A stretch of DNA of 64,000 nucleotides from the human T2T-CHM13v2.0 reference genome, Homo sapiens: NCBI RefSeq assembly GCF_009914755.1, contig NC_060926.1; one strand, written 5' to 3'. The stretch's first letter is position 1, and each line of letters starts with the position of its first letter. Below, in pieces: positions 23,313-40,369 of this stretch. Below the pieces are notes generated by a model. It was not told where the DNA came from, made no database searches, and saw only the letters and a program-made list of their open reading frames with translations. A program made the translations under genes and the position numbers.

Positions 23313-25102
23313 TCCCCAAATGAAAGGAAATTAGTTTCTATATTCAATGGGTCGAACCAGTGCCCAGCACAAAGTCTGAAAATAACTCTAACCCTAAAGC
23401 CACTCCTACAAAATTTCAGAACAATGAGGAAAACAGGAGATCCTAAAAGCTTCCAGAAAAAGGTTTCACACAAAAGGTACCAATTATACAAAAGACTGCA
23501 TACAAATGATGAGGTATCAGAACAAGAAAGCTTAGAAAAATATGGAGCATATAAAGTCAATGGATTTGAAGAGGAATTCCAAAAACTAGACGGCAGAGGG
23601 AGCAATGCCTACAAATTCTGAGAAAAAAAAATTTATAGGCCAGGATTATATACCTAGTTGTACTGTTAATCAAATGTTAGAGTGAAATAAAAACATTTTA
23701 AGACATGCAAGGCTCTCAAAGCATTTTTCATGCAATATTAGCTCCCTGAAATTCAACACAAGAGTGGTGAATAAAATCTCCAGGATGATGAGGTAAAGAA
23801 AAAAACAAAACAATAGCTACGCAGCATACCCAGCAACAAATTGTACTGAAAAGGTCAGAAGTTTCTGGACGAGACATCTAAAAGATAAAAATGATAGAAT
23901 ACTTAATGTGTCTGAAAGTATTGAGAAGAGATTTACCCAAGTAGAAGTTAGTTTGGGTTTAATTAATAATAAAAAACATACAAAGTTAAGCAAGTGAATA
24001 AACCAATTACTAACTCCAGAAGATGAAAATATTGTGTAAGAAAAAGAAATGACAGTAGGCTACATGGCTCTGCTGTGAGTAGATTTTTCCATAATCAAAA
24101 AACTGTAAATGACAGAAATTAAACAACTTGCTCCCGAATGACTTTTGGGTAAAAAATGAAATTAAAGCAGAAGTCAAGAAAGAAATTCTTTGAAATGAAT
24201 GAGAACAAAGATACAACATACCAGAATCTCTGGAATCCAGCTAAAGCAGTGTTAAGAGGGAAGTTTACAGTGCTAAACACCCACATCAAAAAGTTATAAA
24301 GATCTCAAATAAACAACCTAACATCACACCAAGAGGAAATAGAGAAACAAGAGCAAACCAACCCCAAGGATAGCAGAAGACAAGAAATAACCAAAGTCAG
24401 AGCTGAATTGAAGGAAATTGAGATACGAAAAAAAAACCATACAAAAGATCAATGAATCCAGGGATTGGTTTTTTGAAAGAATAAATAGATAGACCACTAG
24501 CTAGGCTGATAAAGAAAAAAAGAGAAGATCCAAATAAACACAATCAGAAGTGACAAAGAGGACATTACCATTGACCCCACACATACACAAAAAACCCTCA
24601 GAGACTATTACTGACAGCAAACAAACTAGAAAACGTAGAAGAAATAGATAAATTTATGGAAAAATACAACCCTCTCAAGATTAAGCCAGGGAGAAACTGG
24701 ATCCCTGAAAAGACCAATGATGAGTTCCAAAACTGATTCAGTAATAAAAAGCCTACCAAGCAGAAAAAGCCCTGGACCAGAAGAATTGACAGCCAAATTC
24801 TACCACATGTATAAAGAAGAGCTGGCACTATTCCTACTAAAACTATACCAAAAAATTGAGGGGGAGGGACTCCTCCCTAACTCATTCTATGAGGCCAGCA
24901 TCATCCTAATACCAAAACCTGGCAGAGCCACAACAACAACAACAACAACAAAATATCAGGCCAATATCCTTGATGTGCACAGATGCAAAAATCCTTGACA
25001 AAATACTAGCAAACAGAATCCAGCAGCACATCAAAAGCTAATCTACCATGATCAAGTAGGCTTTATCCTTGGGATGCAAGATTGGTTCAATATATGCAAA
25101 TT

Positions 25103-25491
<389 letters not shown>

Positions 25492-26711
25492 TCAACGGAA
25501 CTAAAAACAAAAACCACATAATGATCTCAATAGATACAGAAAAGGTTTTCAATAAAATTCAACATCACTTCACATTAAAAACTCTCAACAAACTAGGCAT
25601 CAAAGTAACATACCTCAAAATAATAAGAGCCATCTACAACAAACCCACAGCCAACATCATACTGAATAGGCAAAAGCTGGAAGCATTCCCCTTTAGAACC
25701 AGAGCAAGACAAGATGCCCACTCTCACCACTCCTATTCCACATAATACTAGAAGTCCTCGCCAGAGAAATCAAGCAAGAGAAAGAAATAAAAAGCATCCA
25801 CGTAGGAAGAGAAAGAGTCAAACTATCTCTATTTGCAGATGATATAATTCTATACCTGGAAAACTCGATTGTCTCTCCCAAAAGCTCCTAGATCTGATGA
25901 ACAACTTAAGCAACGCCACAGGATACAAAATCAATGTACAAAAATCAACAGCATTTCTATACACAAACAATGTCCAAGCTGAGTGCCAAATCAAGAGCCC
26001 AATCCATCCACAACAGCCACAAGAAGAATAAAATACCTAGGAATACAGCTAACAAGGGAGGTGAAAGATCTCAACAACAAGAATGACAAAACACTGCTCA
26101 AAGAAAACAAGCAAATGGAAAAACGTTCCATGCTCATGAATAGGATGAATCAATATTGTAAAACAGCCATAATGCCTAAAGCAATTTACAGATTCAATAC
26201 TATTCCTATGAAACTGCCAATGACATTCTTCACAGAATTAGAAAGAGCTATTTTAAAATTCATATGGAACCAAAAAAAAGCTTGAATGCTCAAGGCAATT
26301 CAAAGTAAAAAGAACAAAGCTGGAAGCATCATGTTACCTGACATCAAACTATACTAAAAGGCTATAGTAACCAAAACAGCATGGTACTGGCACAAAAACA
26401 GACACATAGACCAATGGAACAGAATAGAAAGTCCAGAAATAAGGCCTCACACCTGTAACTATCTGATCTTCAACAAAGTTAACAAAAAAATAAGCAACAT
26501 GGTAAGGAACACTTATTCAATAAATGGTGCTGGGATAACTGGCTAGCCATATGTAGAAGATTGAAACTGGATACCTTCCTTTGATCATACAAGAAAATCA
26601 ACTCAAAATGTATTAAAGACTTAAATGTAAAACCTAAAACTATAAAAACCCTAGAAGAAAATCTAGGAAATACAATTCTGGACATAGGCCATGGCAAAGA
26701 TTTCATGATAA

Positions 26712-27000
26712 AGCCAGGTGCAGTGGCTCATGCCTGTAATCCTAGCACTTTGCAAGTCAGAGGCAGGTGGATCACCTAAGGTGAGGAGTTCAAGACCAGC
26801 CTGGCCAACATGGGGAAACCTCATCTATACTAAAAAATACAAAAATTAGCCGGGCTTGGTAGTGTGCACCTGTAGTCTCAACTACTTGGAGGCTGAGGCA
26901 GGAGAATCACTTGAACCTGGGAGCCAAGATCGCGTCATTACACTCCAGCCTGGGTGACAGAGTGAGACTTTGTTTCCAAAAAAAAAAAAAAAAAAAAAAA
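26712..27000 (+). mobile_element. Alu (AluS) with a short right-arm deletion
   Basis: gaacctgggagccaagatc lacks the usual gcggaggttgcagtgag. Confidence 0.93.
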
Positions 27001-28451
27001 TTCATAATGAAGATTCCAAAAGTAATTGCAACAAAAGCAAAAATTAACAAATGGGACCTAATTAACTAAGGAGATTCTGTACAGCAAAAGAAATAATCAA
27101 CAGACTAAACAGACAACTTACAGAATTTTGGGAGAAAATATCTGCAAAATATTCATCTGACAAAGGTCTAGTGTTCAGAGTCTGTAAGAAACTTAAACAA
27201 GTTAACAAGCAAAAAACAAACAACTGTTTTTAACTTTGCCATTTAACTTTAACTTTGCCATTTAAAGATGGGCAAAGGCCACGAACAGACACTTCTCAAA
27301 AGACATACATAAGGCCAATAAGCATATGCAAAAATCCTCAACATCACTAATTATTAAAGAAATGAATATCCAAACCAAGATGACATACTGTCTCACGCCA
27401 TCCGGAATGGCTATTACTAAAAAGCCAAAGAATAACAGATGCTGGTGGGGTTGAAGAGAAATGGGAGTATTTATACACCGCTTGTGGGAATGTAAATTAG
27501 TTCAGCCACTGTGGAAAGCACTTTGGAGATTTCTCAAAGTACTTAAAACAGAATTACCATCTGACCTAGGAATCCCATTACTGGGTATATATCTAAAGGA
27601 ATACAAATTGTTCTACCATAAAGACACATACACGCATATGTTCATCACAGTGCTACTCACAATAGCAAAGACATGGAATCAATCTAAATGCCCATCAACA
27701 ACAGACTGGATAAAGAAAATGTGGTACATATACATTATGCAATACTATACAGCCATAAAAAGGAATGAGATCATGTACTCTGCAGCAACATGGATGGACC
27801 TAGAGACCGTTATCCTAAGCAAATTAACAAAGGAACAGAAAACCAAGTGCCACATATTCACTTATCAATGGGAGCTTATCAACATGAGTACAGATGAACG
27901 CAAAGAAGAAACAACAGACACTGGGGCCTACTTGAGGGTGGAGAGTGGGAGGAGGGAGAGGATCAGGTACTATGCTTATCACTTAGATGTCAAAATAATC
28001 TGTACTCCATACCCCCATGGCACACAATTTACCAGTATAAGAAACCTGCACATGTACCCCTGAACCTAAAAGTTTAAAAAAAATAACTTGCAACATCAAA
28101 TATTTATCTAACCAAAATTATAATACATCTATACCGAGAAGGTAAGAATGAGAAGTAGTGTGTGATGTGGGAAGCAGAGTCAAAGAGAGGCAATTTTTCA
28201 TCTTCCATATTGGAGAGTTAACAGAGAATGCCTAAAACTGGAAAAACAAAAACTTCAACATACATACATTATTTAGAGATACGGGAAACGGTAGAGAGAA
28301 AGATTAAGGGAGCGTAGGAGGCAGCCATTTTAACAATGAAAACTATATAGTTACTGACCCTTTAAACTATATTCATGTAAAACTCTGATAAAAAACAAAA
28401 GTAAAGTTGATAATGAAATGAAGAACTTTCCAGTGTATAAAAATCAAACCA

Positions 28452-28763
28452 GGCTGGGCCTGGTGTCTTATGTCTATAATCCCAGCACTTTGAGAGGCCA
28501 AGATGGGAGGATCGCTTGAGCCCAGTAGTTAGGCAACATGGTGAAAACCTGTCTCTACAAAAAATTCTTAAAATTAGCCAGGCCCACGTGGTGTTGCACG
28601 CCTGTGGTCCCAGCTACTTGGGCGGCTGGGGTGGGAGGATCACTTGAGCCCAGGAGGCTGAGACTGCACTGAGCCACGATCACACCACTGCGTTCCAGCA
28701 TGCGTGACAGAGCAAGACTCTGTCTCAAAAAAAAACAAAAACAAAAACAGAAACAAAAAAAAC
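28452..28763 (+). mobile_element. Alu (AluJ-like)
   Basis: gggaggatcgcttgagccc motifs; (A5C)n tail. Confidence 0.9.
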
Positions 28764-29199
28764 AGGTACAAGTTAAATAAATGCAAGGGTCTGGAAAGAT
28801 TCATTTCTTGATGAAGAGAGCCATAGTTTTTCTTAATGATATGATCGCAGGAACTATGTTTTCTTCACTACATTCAACATAAGGTACATATGTTAAGGAT
28901 ACTAATGAGGAATTATTCCACAGAGTTTAGTTTTACTTCAATAAATACTGCTTGACTTTCTAATATATTATAAAGTAAGAAGATTAAAAAAAAAAAACCC
29001 AAACACATAGTAAGGTGCAGAGTTTTAGAGCATATAGAGGCTTGGTCCAGATTAAAATGTATAAACATTTGTTCAAATAGATGAATTGTCAGATAAAATA
29101 GGAAGTAATCTTGTTTTAGAGGACATAAACAGGATTAATAGGTAGAATTTACAGATAGAAATATTTCAGCTCTAAGTAGAGTTTTCTCAATATAAGACT

Positions 29200-30430
29200 A
29201 ATCGAATTTCAATACTTACTACAGAACTGCAATAATCTAAACAACATGGTATTTTTATAAGAATAGATATATAGATTAATCAAACAGGATACAGTTGAAA
29301 AATCATCCATATATGGTCAAATGATTTTTTACAAATGATTTTTGAGAAAATAATTTGGTGGGGAAACGACAGTCATTTCAACAAACGGTGACAGAATAAC
29401 TGGATTTCCATACGTAAAAACAAAAACAAACAAAACTCTCAACTGATACCTCATACCATATACAAACTTGAAGTAGAAACACAGATCTATATGTAAAACT
29501 ATAGCAAAAACGGTACAACTTGTGAAAGAAAACATAGAATATCAGCTTGAATCAACGGCTCATGCCTATAATCCCAGCACTTTGGGAGGCTGAGGCAGGA
29601 GGACTGCTGGAGCCCAGGAGCTTGAGGCCAGCCTCAGCAATGATGTGAGACTCTATCCCTAAAAAAAAAAAAAATAAATAAATAAAATAAAAATGAGCTG
29701 AGTGTGGTGGCACATACCTATAATCCCAGCTACTCGGGAGGCTCAAGTGGGAGGATCACTTGAGCTCAGAGAGTCGAGGCTGCAGTGATCCATGATCGCA
29801 CCACTGCATTCCAGACTGAATGATACAGTGAAACCCTGTCTCAATGTGTATATGTAAATATATATGTAAAAAAAAGTAGATGATATATATTGATTATATA
29901 TTACCAAATATTATACATTATTATATATAATTTATGTATTTACATACATATTTGGATTATATATGTATCTTTGTGATCTTGAGTTAGGCTTTTTCTTAGA
30001 GAAGACACAAAAAGTATGAAAAGTAAATTGGACTTCATCAAAATTAATATCTGCTCTTTGAAAGACACTTTAAAGACAAGGCACAGGCTGGGAGAAGATA
30101 TAATAGCTGATAAAGAACTTATATCCAGAATATATAAACACCTTTTATAATTCAATAATAAGGAGACAGACAATCCAATTTTTAAAATAGGCAAAAGATT
30201 TGAGCAAATGCTTGACTAACAAAAATATATAGATAGCCAGTAAGTCAAGACAATGTTGTCATCATCTTTAGTGATCCGAAAACTGCAAATTAAAACCATA
30301 GTGAAATACCATTATATACCTACTAGAATGTCTAAAATTAAAAGGACTTATAATACCAAATGCTGGCAAGGATGCAAAGTCACTAGAACCTCATGTATTT
30401 GCTGGTGGAAATGAAAAATATATACCAAAT
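29200..30430 (+). mobile_element. Old L1M ORF2 3' fragment with nested AluJ (~29544-29844)
   Basis: ttggacttcatcaaaatt, gcaaattaaaaccatagtgaaataccatt; TA-rich tract 29845-29965. Confidence 0.8.
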
Positions 30431-30512
30431 TTAAATAGTTGTACGACATTATGAAGGTATATAACACTGAACTGCATACCGTGAGCCGAGGTAAAGGCTT
30501 AAAAATTGTTTA

Positions 30513-30874
<362 letters not shown>

Positions 30875-31738
30875 TTAAAAAAGACATATACATTCACTCA
30901 AATATATAAAACATTACATGAAAATGGGAATTTTTAATGCTTTCAATAAGTTATAGAAGTGATACTGCTTTTTGTGTTCTAAAATTTTGAGTCAAGATCA
31001 GCAATAAACATAAACCCTAATCTACAGAGTAAAATGCAATTTTATAAGAAAGACTTCCTAATAATAATAACACAAGATGAACATAAAGTTTGGTAAACTT
31101 TATGGTTTTAAGAGTTAACCATAGCTGACAAGCTGGACTGTTAACACTTATGAATGCCAGGTATTCATAGATGGTAATACTGGGCACTTAGGTAGAGCTT
31201 AACCTTGTAAATCAACTATTCTTCCATTCTTCCCCTCCTCTAGGCTTCAGCTGGCCCAAACAGGAACGTCTGAAATGTAGGACAGTCTTATCTAAAATGT
31301 CTCAAAGAAGGCCAGAAAGGAACAACAACAACAAAAAGTTAGGAGTTGGAGTTGAAGGGCTGTCTTAAATAGGAGGCCAATACTCTTCAGAGGCTAGCAG
31401 GAACATTCTGTCACTGTTCCAAGTGAACCAGAGGAAAATCTCCCTTACCCCGACTTCAAATAGTCATGGCTATTTGGCATTAGGAGCCTGTGCCTCTGGA
31501 AAACAAGGACGAGCTAGACTGAAGTGCTTATTTTTCCCCTGCTCCATGGAGAAGTCATCAGTTTACAGCTGGGGAGATTATCAAAGGTATCCAAGGTGAG
31601 TGGCCTAACCTATGTATGCTGGGCTGAAACTCTGGCAGGTCTAGGTAAACTGAGGCAGGTAACAGGGTATTATATGTGGATAAGGAAGAATGAACCCCCT
31701 AAGATAGAAGATCTTGACATAAAGAAGAAATCAGAGTT

Positions 31739-31968
31739 CCCAGCCTGGGCAACATAGTGAAACTCCGTCTCTACAGAAAATACAAAAATTAGCCAGGTGT
31801 GGTGACGTGCGCCTGTAATCCCAGCTACTTGGGGTGCTGTGGCAGGTGGATTGCTTGATCCTGGGAGGTTGATGCTGCGGTGAACCGTATTTGCACCAAT
31901 GCACTCCAGCACGGGCAACAAAGTGAGACCCTGTCTTAAAAAAACAAAACAAAACAAAAAACAGCAAA
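31739..31968 (+). mobile_element. 5'-truncated Alu (AluJ-like)
   Basis: Begins at ccagcctgggcaacatagtgaaac; (A4C)n tail. Confidence 0.9.
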
Positions 31969-32120
31969 GAAATCAAAGTTTAAAAAGTAGTTGATCAAAA
32001 ATAGGACACATAGACTTACTCCTTCCAGGAAGAACCCAAGATAGGCCTACTCTGTGATAGAAGGTAAAAATTCTCAGATTCAAAAACACTAGATGAATTT
32101 GACAAATGAAAACAATTTTG

Positions 32121-32765
<645 letters not shown>

Positions 32766-33509
32766 TCAGGCAGGGTTGTCCCTGAGGAAATACGTTAGAT
32801 GTCCCAAATATTAACAGGCGGATCTGAGTCCCTTGCCTGCTGTTGGTGATACTCTGGCAGAGGAACAAAGTCAAATGGCTGCCCACAAAATGTCAATGGA
32901 AAGCTATGAGTAAACAAAGAGAAGACTGAATGATGCAAAGGCTGAAGAAGTAAATTAGGAGAGAACTAGGATTTAAGAATAAAGCCAGTTTTACACTGCA
33001 TGTTCTGAAACATTGGAGAAGGAAGATAATCTATCAGTTAAAATGGTGATTGATGTGCAACAGCCCTCAAAACACAGGGCTAGAAGTGAGTATTTAAAGG
33101 AACATAGTTTCTCTTATAGCCCAGTTATCAGAATCAAAACCTGTTACTCTTTATTTTGTCATTTTTATCCCCTGTGCTGGCACAAAACCTGAGGCAACAG
33201 AGGTTAATTTATAAATATCCAGATTTACTATCATGAATCCTGTTTTTCCATTAAATATGAGTGTACTTCACAGGCCAAACTGTTCAGAAGATAAGACTAT
33301 AAACTAATCTAAGCTGAACAAGAAAGGTGCACATTATATATGCATTCTTAAAACTACACATGGAGTTTTTGTAAATGAAAAGCTAATTTCTTACTTATTT
33401 TCATTATCTGATTGTGTTTTCTTTGGCGAAAGATCCTAAACTTAAATTTTAGGCAAATGCAGCAACAGAAAAGATACACAGAAAAGAAAACAGAAAATAA
33501 TTTTCTTTT

Positions 33510-35428
33510 CTCTCTTTTTTTTTTAAGAGTTAAACTTTTTTTTTAAATTTGTACTTTAGGTTTGGGGGTACATGTGAAGGTTTGTTACAGAGGTAAACAT
33601 TCGTCACAGGGGTTTGTTGTACATATTATTTCATAACCCACATATTAAGCCTAGTACTCAATAGTCATCTTTTCTGCTCCTCTCTCTCCTCCCACCCTCC
33701 CCCTTCGAGTAGACCCCAGTGTCGATTGTTTCCCCTTCTTTGTGTTTATAAGTTCTTATCATTTCGCTCCCGCTTACAAGTGAGAACATGTGGTATTTGG
33801 TTTTTGTGCCTGCGTTAGTTTGCTAAGAAGAATGGCCTCTAGCTCCATACATGTTCCTGCAAAAGACATGATCTTGTTCTTTTTTATGGCTGCATAGTAT
33901 TCCATGGTGTATATGTATCACATTTTCTTTATTCAGTCTGTCAGTGATGTGCATTTAGGTTGATTCCATGTCTTTGTTACTGTGAATAGTGCTACATTGA
34001 ACATTCACATGCATGTGTCTTTATAGCAGAATGATTTATATTCTTCTGGGTATATACCCAGTAATGGGATTGCTAAGTCGAATGATAGTTCTGCTTTTAG
34101 CTCTTTGAGGAATCACCATACTGCTTTCCACAATGGTTGAACTAATTTACACTTCCACCAACAGTGTATGTGTTTCCTTTTCTCCGTAACCTTGCCCACA
34201 TCTGTTATTTTTTTGACTTTTCAGTAATAGCCATTCTGACTGGTGTGAGATGGTATCTCACTGTGGCTTTGATTTGCATTTCTCTAATTATCAGTGATAC
34301 TGAGTTTTTATATGCTTGTTGGCCGTACGTATGTCTTCTTTTGAGAAGTGTCTGTTCATGTCCTTTGCCCACTTTTTAATGGGGTTATTTTTCTCTTGTG
34401 AATTTTTTTAAATTTCCTTATACATGATGGATATTAGGCCTTTGTGAGATGCATAGTTTGCAAATATTTTTCTCTCATTCTGTAGATTTTCTCTTTACTC
34501 TGTTGACAGTTTTTTGCTGTGTAGGTTGTAAGTTTAATTAGATCCCACTTGTCAACTTCTGTTTTCGTTGCAATTGCTATTGGTATCTTTGTTATGGAAT
34601 CTTTGTCCACTCCTGTGTCTAGGATTGTACTGCCTAGATTGTCTTCCAGGCTTTTTATAGTTTTGGGTTTTACATTTGAGTCTTTAATCTGCCTTGAGTT
34701 GATTTTTGAGTATGGTGTAAGGAACAGGTCCAGTTTCAATCTTCTACATATGTCTAGCCAGTTATCCCAGCACCATTTATTGAACAGGGAGTTTTTCCCC
34801 CATCGCTTGATTTTTGTCAGATAGTCATAGATGTACAGCCTTATTTATGAGCTCACTATTCTGTTCCATTGGTCTATGTGCCTGTTTTGTAGCAGCACCA
34901 TGCTGTTTTGGTTCGTGTAGCCTTGCACACCCAAAAGCTCCTCTATCTGATAAACAACTTCAAATTGGCAGGATACAAAATCAGTGTACAAAAATCACTA
35001 GCATTCCCATACACCAACAACAGCCAAACCAAGAGCCAAATCAGAAAGGCAATCCCACTCACAACTACCACAAAAAGAATAAAATACCTAGGAATCTATC
35101 TAACCAGGGAGGTGAAAGATCTCTACAATGAGAATTACAAAACACTGCTCAAAGAGATCAGAGAAGATACAAACAAATGGAAGAACATCTCATGCTCATG
35201 GATACAAAGAATCAATATCATTAAAATGGCCATACTGCCCAAAACAATGTACAGGTTCAATGTTATTCCTATGAAACTACGAGTGGCATTCTTCATAGAA
35301 TTTAAAAAAACTATTTTAAAATTGATATGAAACCAAAAAAAAAGCCCCAATAGCCAAGGCAATCTTAAGCAAAAAGAATAAGGCTGGAGGTATCACATTA
35401 CCTAACTTCAAACTATACTACAAGGCTA
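33510..35428 (-). mobile_element. L1 (L1PA15-like) with 5' inversion (inverted part 34930-35428)
   Basis: Reverse 3'UTR/ORF2 to 34925, then plus-strand ORF2 ending at caaggcta. Confidence 0.92.
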
Positions 35429-35439
35429 GAGAATTTTCA

Positions 35440-36187
<748 letters not shown>

Positions 36188-36319
36188 ATCAAGAAGAGAC
36201 TTTCTAAAGGATTTTAAGTTTAAAATTATTTTTTCATACAAAATAACCACACTCTGAGTTCATAAATTTCAATTCTCATAAAAAACATCCTATTGCTACA
36301 AAATATAAGAGAATCTAAT

Positions 36320-36778
36320 ATAGTTAATTTGGTGTGTCAACATGACTGGGCTAAAGGATGATGAGATAGCTGGCAAAACATTATTTCTGGGTATGTCTGT
36401 GAGGATGTTTCCAGAAAAGATTATCCCTCCAATCAGCAGACTGTGTAAACATCCACTCTCACCAATGTGAGTGGGTACCATCTAATCAGTGGAGAGTGTG
36501 AATAGAAAAAAAGGTAGAGGAAGGGTGTATCTGATGTCTGCTTGAGCTGGGAAATACATGTTCTCCTCCTCTGGGACATGTGTGCTCCTGATTCTTGGGC
36601 CTTCCGACTTGGACTAAATATCACCACCAATTTTCCTGGGCCTCCAGTTTGCTGTTGGCATATCATAGGACTTCCCAGTCTCCATAATTGCTTGAGCCAA
36701 TCCCTCACAATGAATCTCTTCCTATATCTCTCTCTATATACTGTTGGTTCTGTTTCTCTGGAAACCCTGACTAACATG
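36320..36778 (+). mobile_element. MLT2 (ERVL) solo LTR
   Basis: gtgtcaacatgactgggctaaagg...ttggttctgtttctctggaaaccctgactaaca. Confidence 0.85.
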
Positions 36779-36812
36779 GAAAGCAATATTTTCATGTCTA
36801 TACATTTTTTAT

Positions 36813-37076
36813 TGGGAGGCTGAGGCGGGTGGATCACCTGAGGTCAGGAGTTCGAGACCAGCCTTCCCAACGTGGTGAAACTCCGTATCTACTAAAAATA
36901 AAAAAATTAGCCAAGCATGGTGGCGTGCACCTGTAATCCCAGCTACTCAGAAGACTGAGGCAGGAGAATCGCTTGAACCCAGGAGGCAGAGGGTGCAGTG
37001 AACCAAGTTTGCACCATTGCACTCTAGCATGGGTGACAAGAGCAAAACCCCGTCTCAAAAAAAAAAAAAAAAAAAA
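36813..37076 (+). mobile_element. Slightly 5'-truncated Alu (AluSq/x-like)
   Basis: Starts at tgggaggctgaggcgggtggatcacc; poly(A). Confidence 0.93.
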
Positions 37077-38211
37077 TTGTTAATTGTATTTCCTGGCCAT
37101 AGTTCCTATTTTTAAAAAGACATAGTACGGAAGAGCTTATAGTAAAGGGCAACTGCCTCCATCTTGATCCCTTCTCACCTCAAGTCCCAATCCTACTCCT
37201 GAAGACAACCTTGATAATCTTAAATAATGTACTTATTTTACAACTCCATTATGTATTAACTGAAGACATTATCTGTTGACTTCTGTGGAAAGAGAAAATC
37301 ATAAGTCCATGTTCTTAAATCTCAATCTGACTAAAAAAATATCTCTGAGGCCAGAACACTGGGCTCTAATGAACATCTCTGAGGCCAGACAGAGCACTGG
37401 GCTCCTTTAATGTTAATGAAGAACTTTTAAAAAGATGAGACTGATTTTGAAAACTCTGCAGGTGATTCAAATGCACAATCAAGGCTGATACAGGCTGAGT
37501 CAGATAAAAAAGGAGAAGGCTGAAATATATTTACCTTACCTTCTAATTACTATAAAATTTAAAGTAAATCCATAATTATTTTGTACGTTATATTATCTGT
37601 ATTTGCTAATGTATAGCAAATATGGATACTATAAGAAATTTTAAAAGTTGAGCTTCTTCCTAAGTTTTTTGCCAAGAAAAACAAATGACAGGTTCCAAGG
37701 ACTACTAGCATGTAACTTTGTATCTAAGGTCTGTCAGAGGAAACTACATTTGTTAAAGTATCTTTTATAGAATACTTTGCCTATGCACTAATAAATGTCA
37801 ACTGTGTTTGCCAAATGAAGTTGATTTTAACATCCAGATAATAATTTATTCATAACGACCTCATTGATCTAGCTCTAATTAACTCAATCTATATAAAAAA
37901 AGATGATACAGATTCTCATAAAATTAGGAACATGACTAAAGGGACATTTCCTCTTTGCAAGTAAAATAAAATAACTAACAGATTAACTTTGAAGCAAAAT
38001 GCAGAATCTTGTTTTGTTACCACATCCCACTATAAGAGATTTGGCTTTCCACTAAAAAAAAATTTTGGTCCACTTCCAGCACCCTTCTACCTCACCTCCC
38101 CCTTCATTTTCACAATGATAATAGTTATAAGAATGACTCTACCACTCATCACATTCGTGATTTTAGAAAATATATTTAAGATTCTAGGACTATTTCTGTG
38201 AAATTTAGCTT

Positions 38212-38400
38212 TATGGTTCTCAAATTTGACTACACACTGGAATCACCTGGCAAACTGAAAACAACAAACAGATACCTAGCTTTCCCTGCCAGCAAAGATT
38301 TTTATTTAACTGGTATAATGCAGTTTGATGAAGTTTGGGGATCAAGATTTTGAAAGCTTCTCAAGTGATTTTAATGTGCAACGAAGTTTCAGAACCACTA
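38212..38400. mobile_element. MER5-like hAT MITE
   Basis: Terminal inverted repeats tggttctcaaa / ttcagaacca. Confidence 0.7.
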
Positions 38401-38823
38401 CATAGGATGAAGATTTTTAGTAGCAGTGACCATGCCTTTCGCTCACAACTTCTATCACCTGTACCTTTAAAAAACATTTTTCAGGCTGATGCAATTTATG
38501 TTATATTCTAGAACCATAATTAAGACTGCCAGACTTTGGATATATAGCTAATTCTAATTAAAAAATCAATACACAATGTAGTCTCAGGATTTATGTATTG
38601 TTCAGAGCAGAACCAAGCTGTGCTCTCAGGTTATATTTCTTCCCTACTATCTACATCAAGGCCAGGAGAAGTTTCTTATACTTCAAAAATTCCTCAAAAT
38701 CATATTACTTTTAATCTACATAATGTTTTTGGACACTAACTTTCTTATCTAGTTATTTTGTTTTCCTGAACTTTCTGACCATCTCTCTTGAGATAAGAAA
38801 TAAATATGTCTATTTTACCACAG

Positions 38824-38964
38824 TCCAATATGGTGAAACCCCATCTCTACCAAAAATGAGAATCACTTGAACCCAGGAGGCAGAGGTTGCAGTGAGCTGA
38901 GATTGCGCCATTGCACACCAGCCTGGGCGACAGAGCAAGGAAGGCTCTGTCTAAAAAAAAAAAA
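38824..38964 (+). mobile_element. Internally deleted Alu fragment
   Basis: ggtgaaaccccatctctaccaaaaat fused directly to gagaatcacttgaaccc. Confidence 0.85.
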
Positions 38965-39039
38965 GCATATACAGATTTTCAACTGCGTGAGGGACCAGCA
39001 CTCCTAACTCTTACATTGCTCAACAGTCAACTGTGCAAG

Positions 39040-39408
39040 AAGGATGCTATATGCTATTGCTGGCTTGAAGATGGGGGAGCCTATATGGTAAGAAATGTGG
39101 ATGGTCCTTGGAATCTGAGATTGAGCCAGGCTGACAGCAAGCAAAGAAACAGGCACCTCACTCCTACAACTGCAAGGAAATAAATTCTGTGAACAAAAAG
39201 AAGGAGCTTGGAAACAGATTTTTTCCATGGATCCTCCAGATGAGAACTCAGTCCAGCTAACACTTTGATTCAGCCTTGTGATATTCTGAGCAGGGTATCC
39301 AGCCATGCCTTGCCAGACTTCTAACCTACAAACTGTGAGTGACAAATGGGTATCATTTTAAGCTACTAAGTTTGTGGTAATTTGTATGCAGCAAACGGAA
39401 ACTAACAC
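39040..39408 (+). mobile_element. MLT1D/E-like LTR fragment
   Basis: ttgctggcttgaagatgg...ctaagtttgtggtaatttgtatgcagcaaacggaaactaaca. Confidence 0.8.
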
Positions 39409-40369
39409 TGGGATCCCAAACTTATGAGAACAAATAATTAGTGAATTTGATAGAGCAATAGAAATTATCCAATCTGAGGTACACAGAGAATAAAAGGTTT
39501 AAGAAAAATGAATGAAGCCTCAGACAGAGACCTTTGGGACAATGCAAAGCATCCCAACATTCATATAATGGAAGGCCCAGAAAAAGAGAGAAAGGGGCAG
39601 AAAAAAAAATACGGAAAAATCAGGGTCCGAAACTTCCCAAATCTGAAGAAAAACATTTACTCTCAGACCCAAGAAGCTCAATGAATCCTAAGTCAGATAA
39701 ACACACAAAAGAAGCCCACATAGATACATCAGGGTCAAACTGTTTAAAGATAGAGACAAAGAAGAAATATTAAAAGCAGAAAGAGAAAAACAATTTATTA
39801 TGTACTGGAAGCAATGATACTACTAGGGGCTGACTTTTCATCAGACCAACAGAGGCAAGAGGGCAACCGAATGACATTCATGGTGTAGAAAGAAAAAATA
39901 CTGCCAACCAAGACTCCCACATCCAGCAAAACTGCCCTTCAAAACTGAAGGTGAAACAAAGACATTCTCAGAAAAACAAAAACTGAGAGAATTTGTTGCT
40001 GGCAGACCTTTCCTACAGTAGTTTTATATATGTTTCACAACGGTAAATATTTAAGTATATATTAATATAAATATAAATGACTGAATACACACATGCATAC
40101 ACATATTTTTCTTTTTTCTCTTTATTTAAAAAAGATTTAAAATGAATAATTATAACACTATATTCTTACATATAATATATACTTGTATAATACAATACCA
40201 CAAAGGGAAAGAAATAGAGTGATACTGGAATGAAACGGCTATATTTTACCAGAATTAAGTCAGAATTAAGTCAATGTTAAACTCAAGTAGACTGAGATAT
40301 GTTAAAAATATGTATTATAATTCCTAGAGCAACAATTAAGAAAAAAAACTTTTTAAAAGGCTAAAAATT

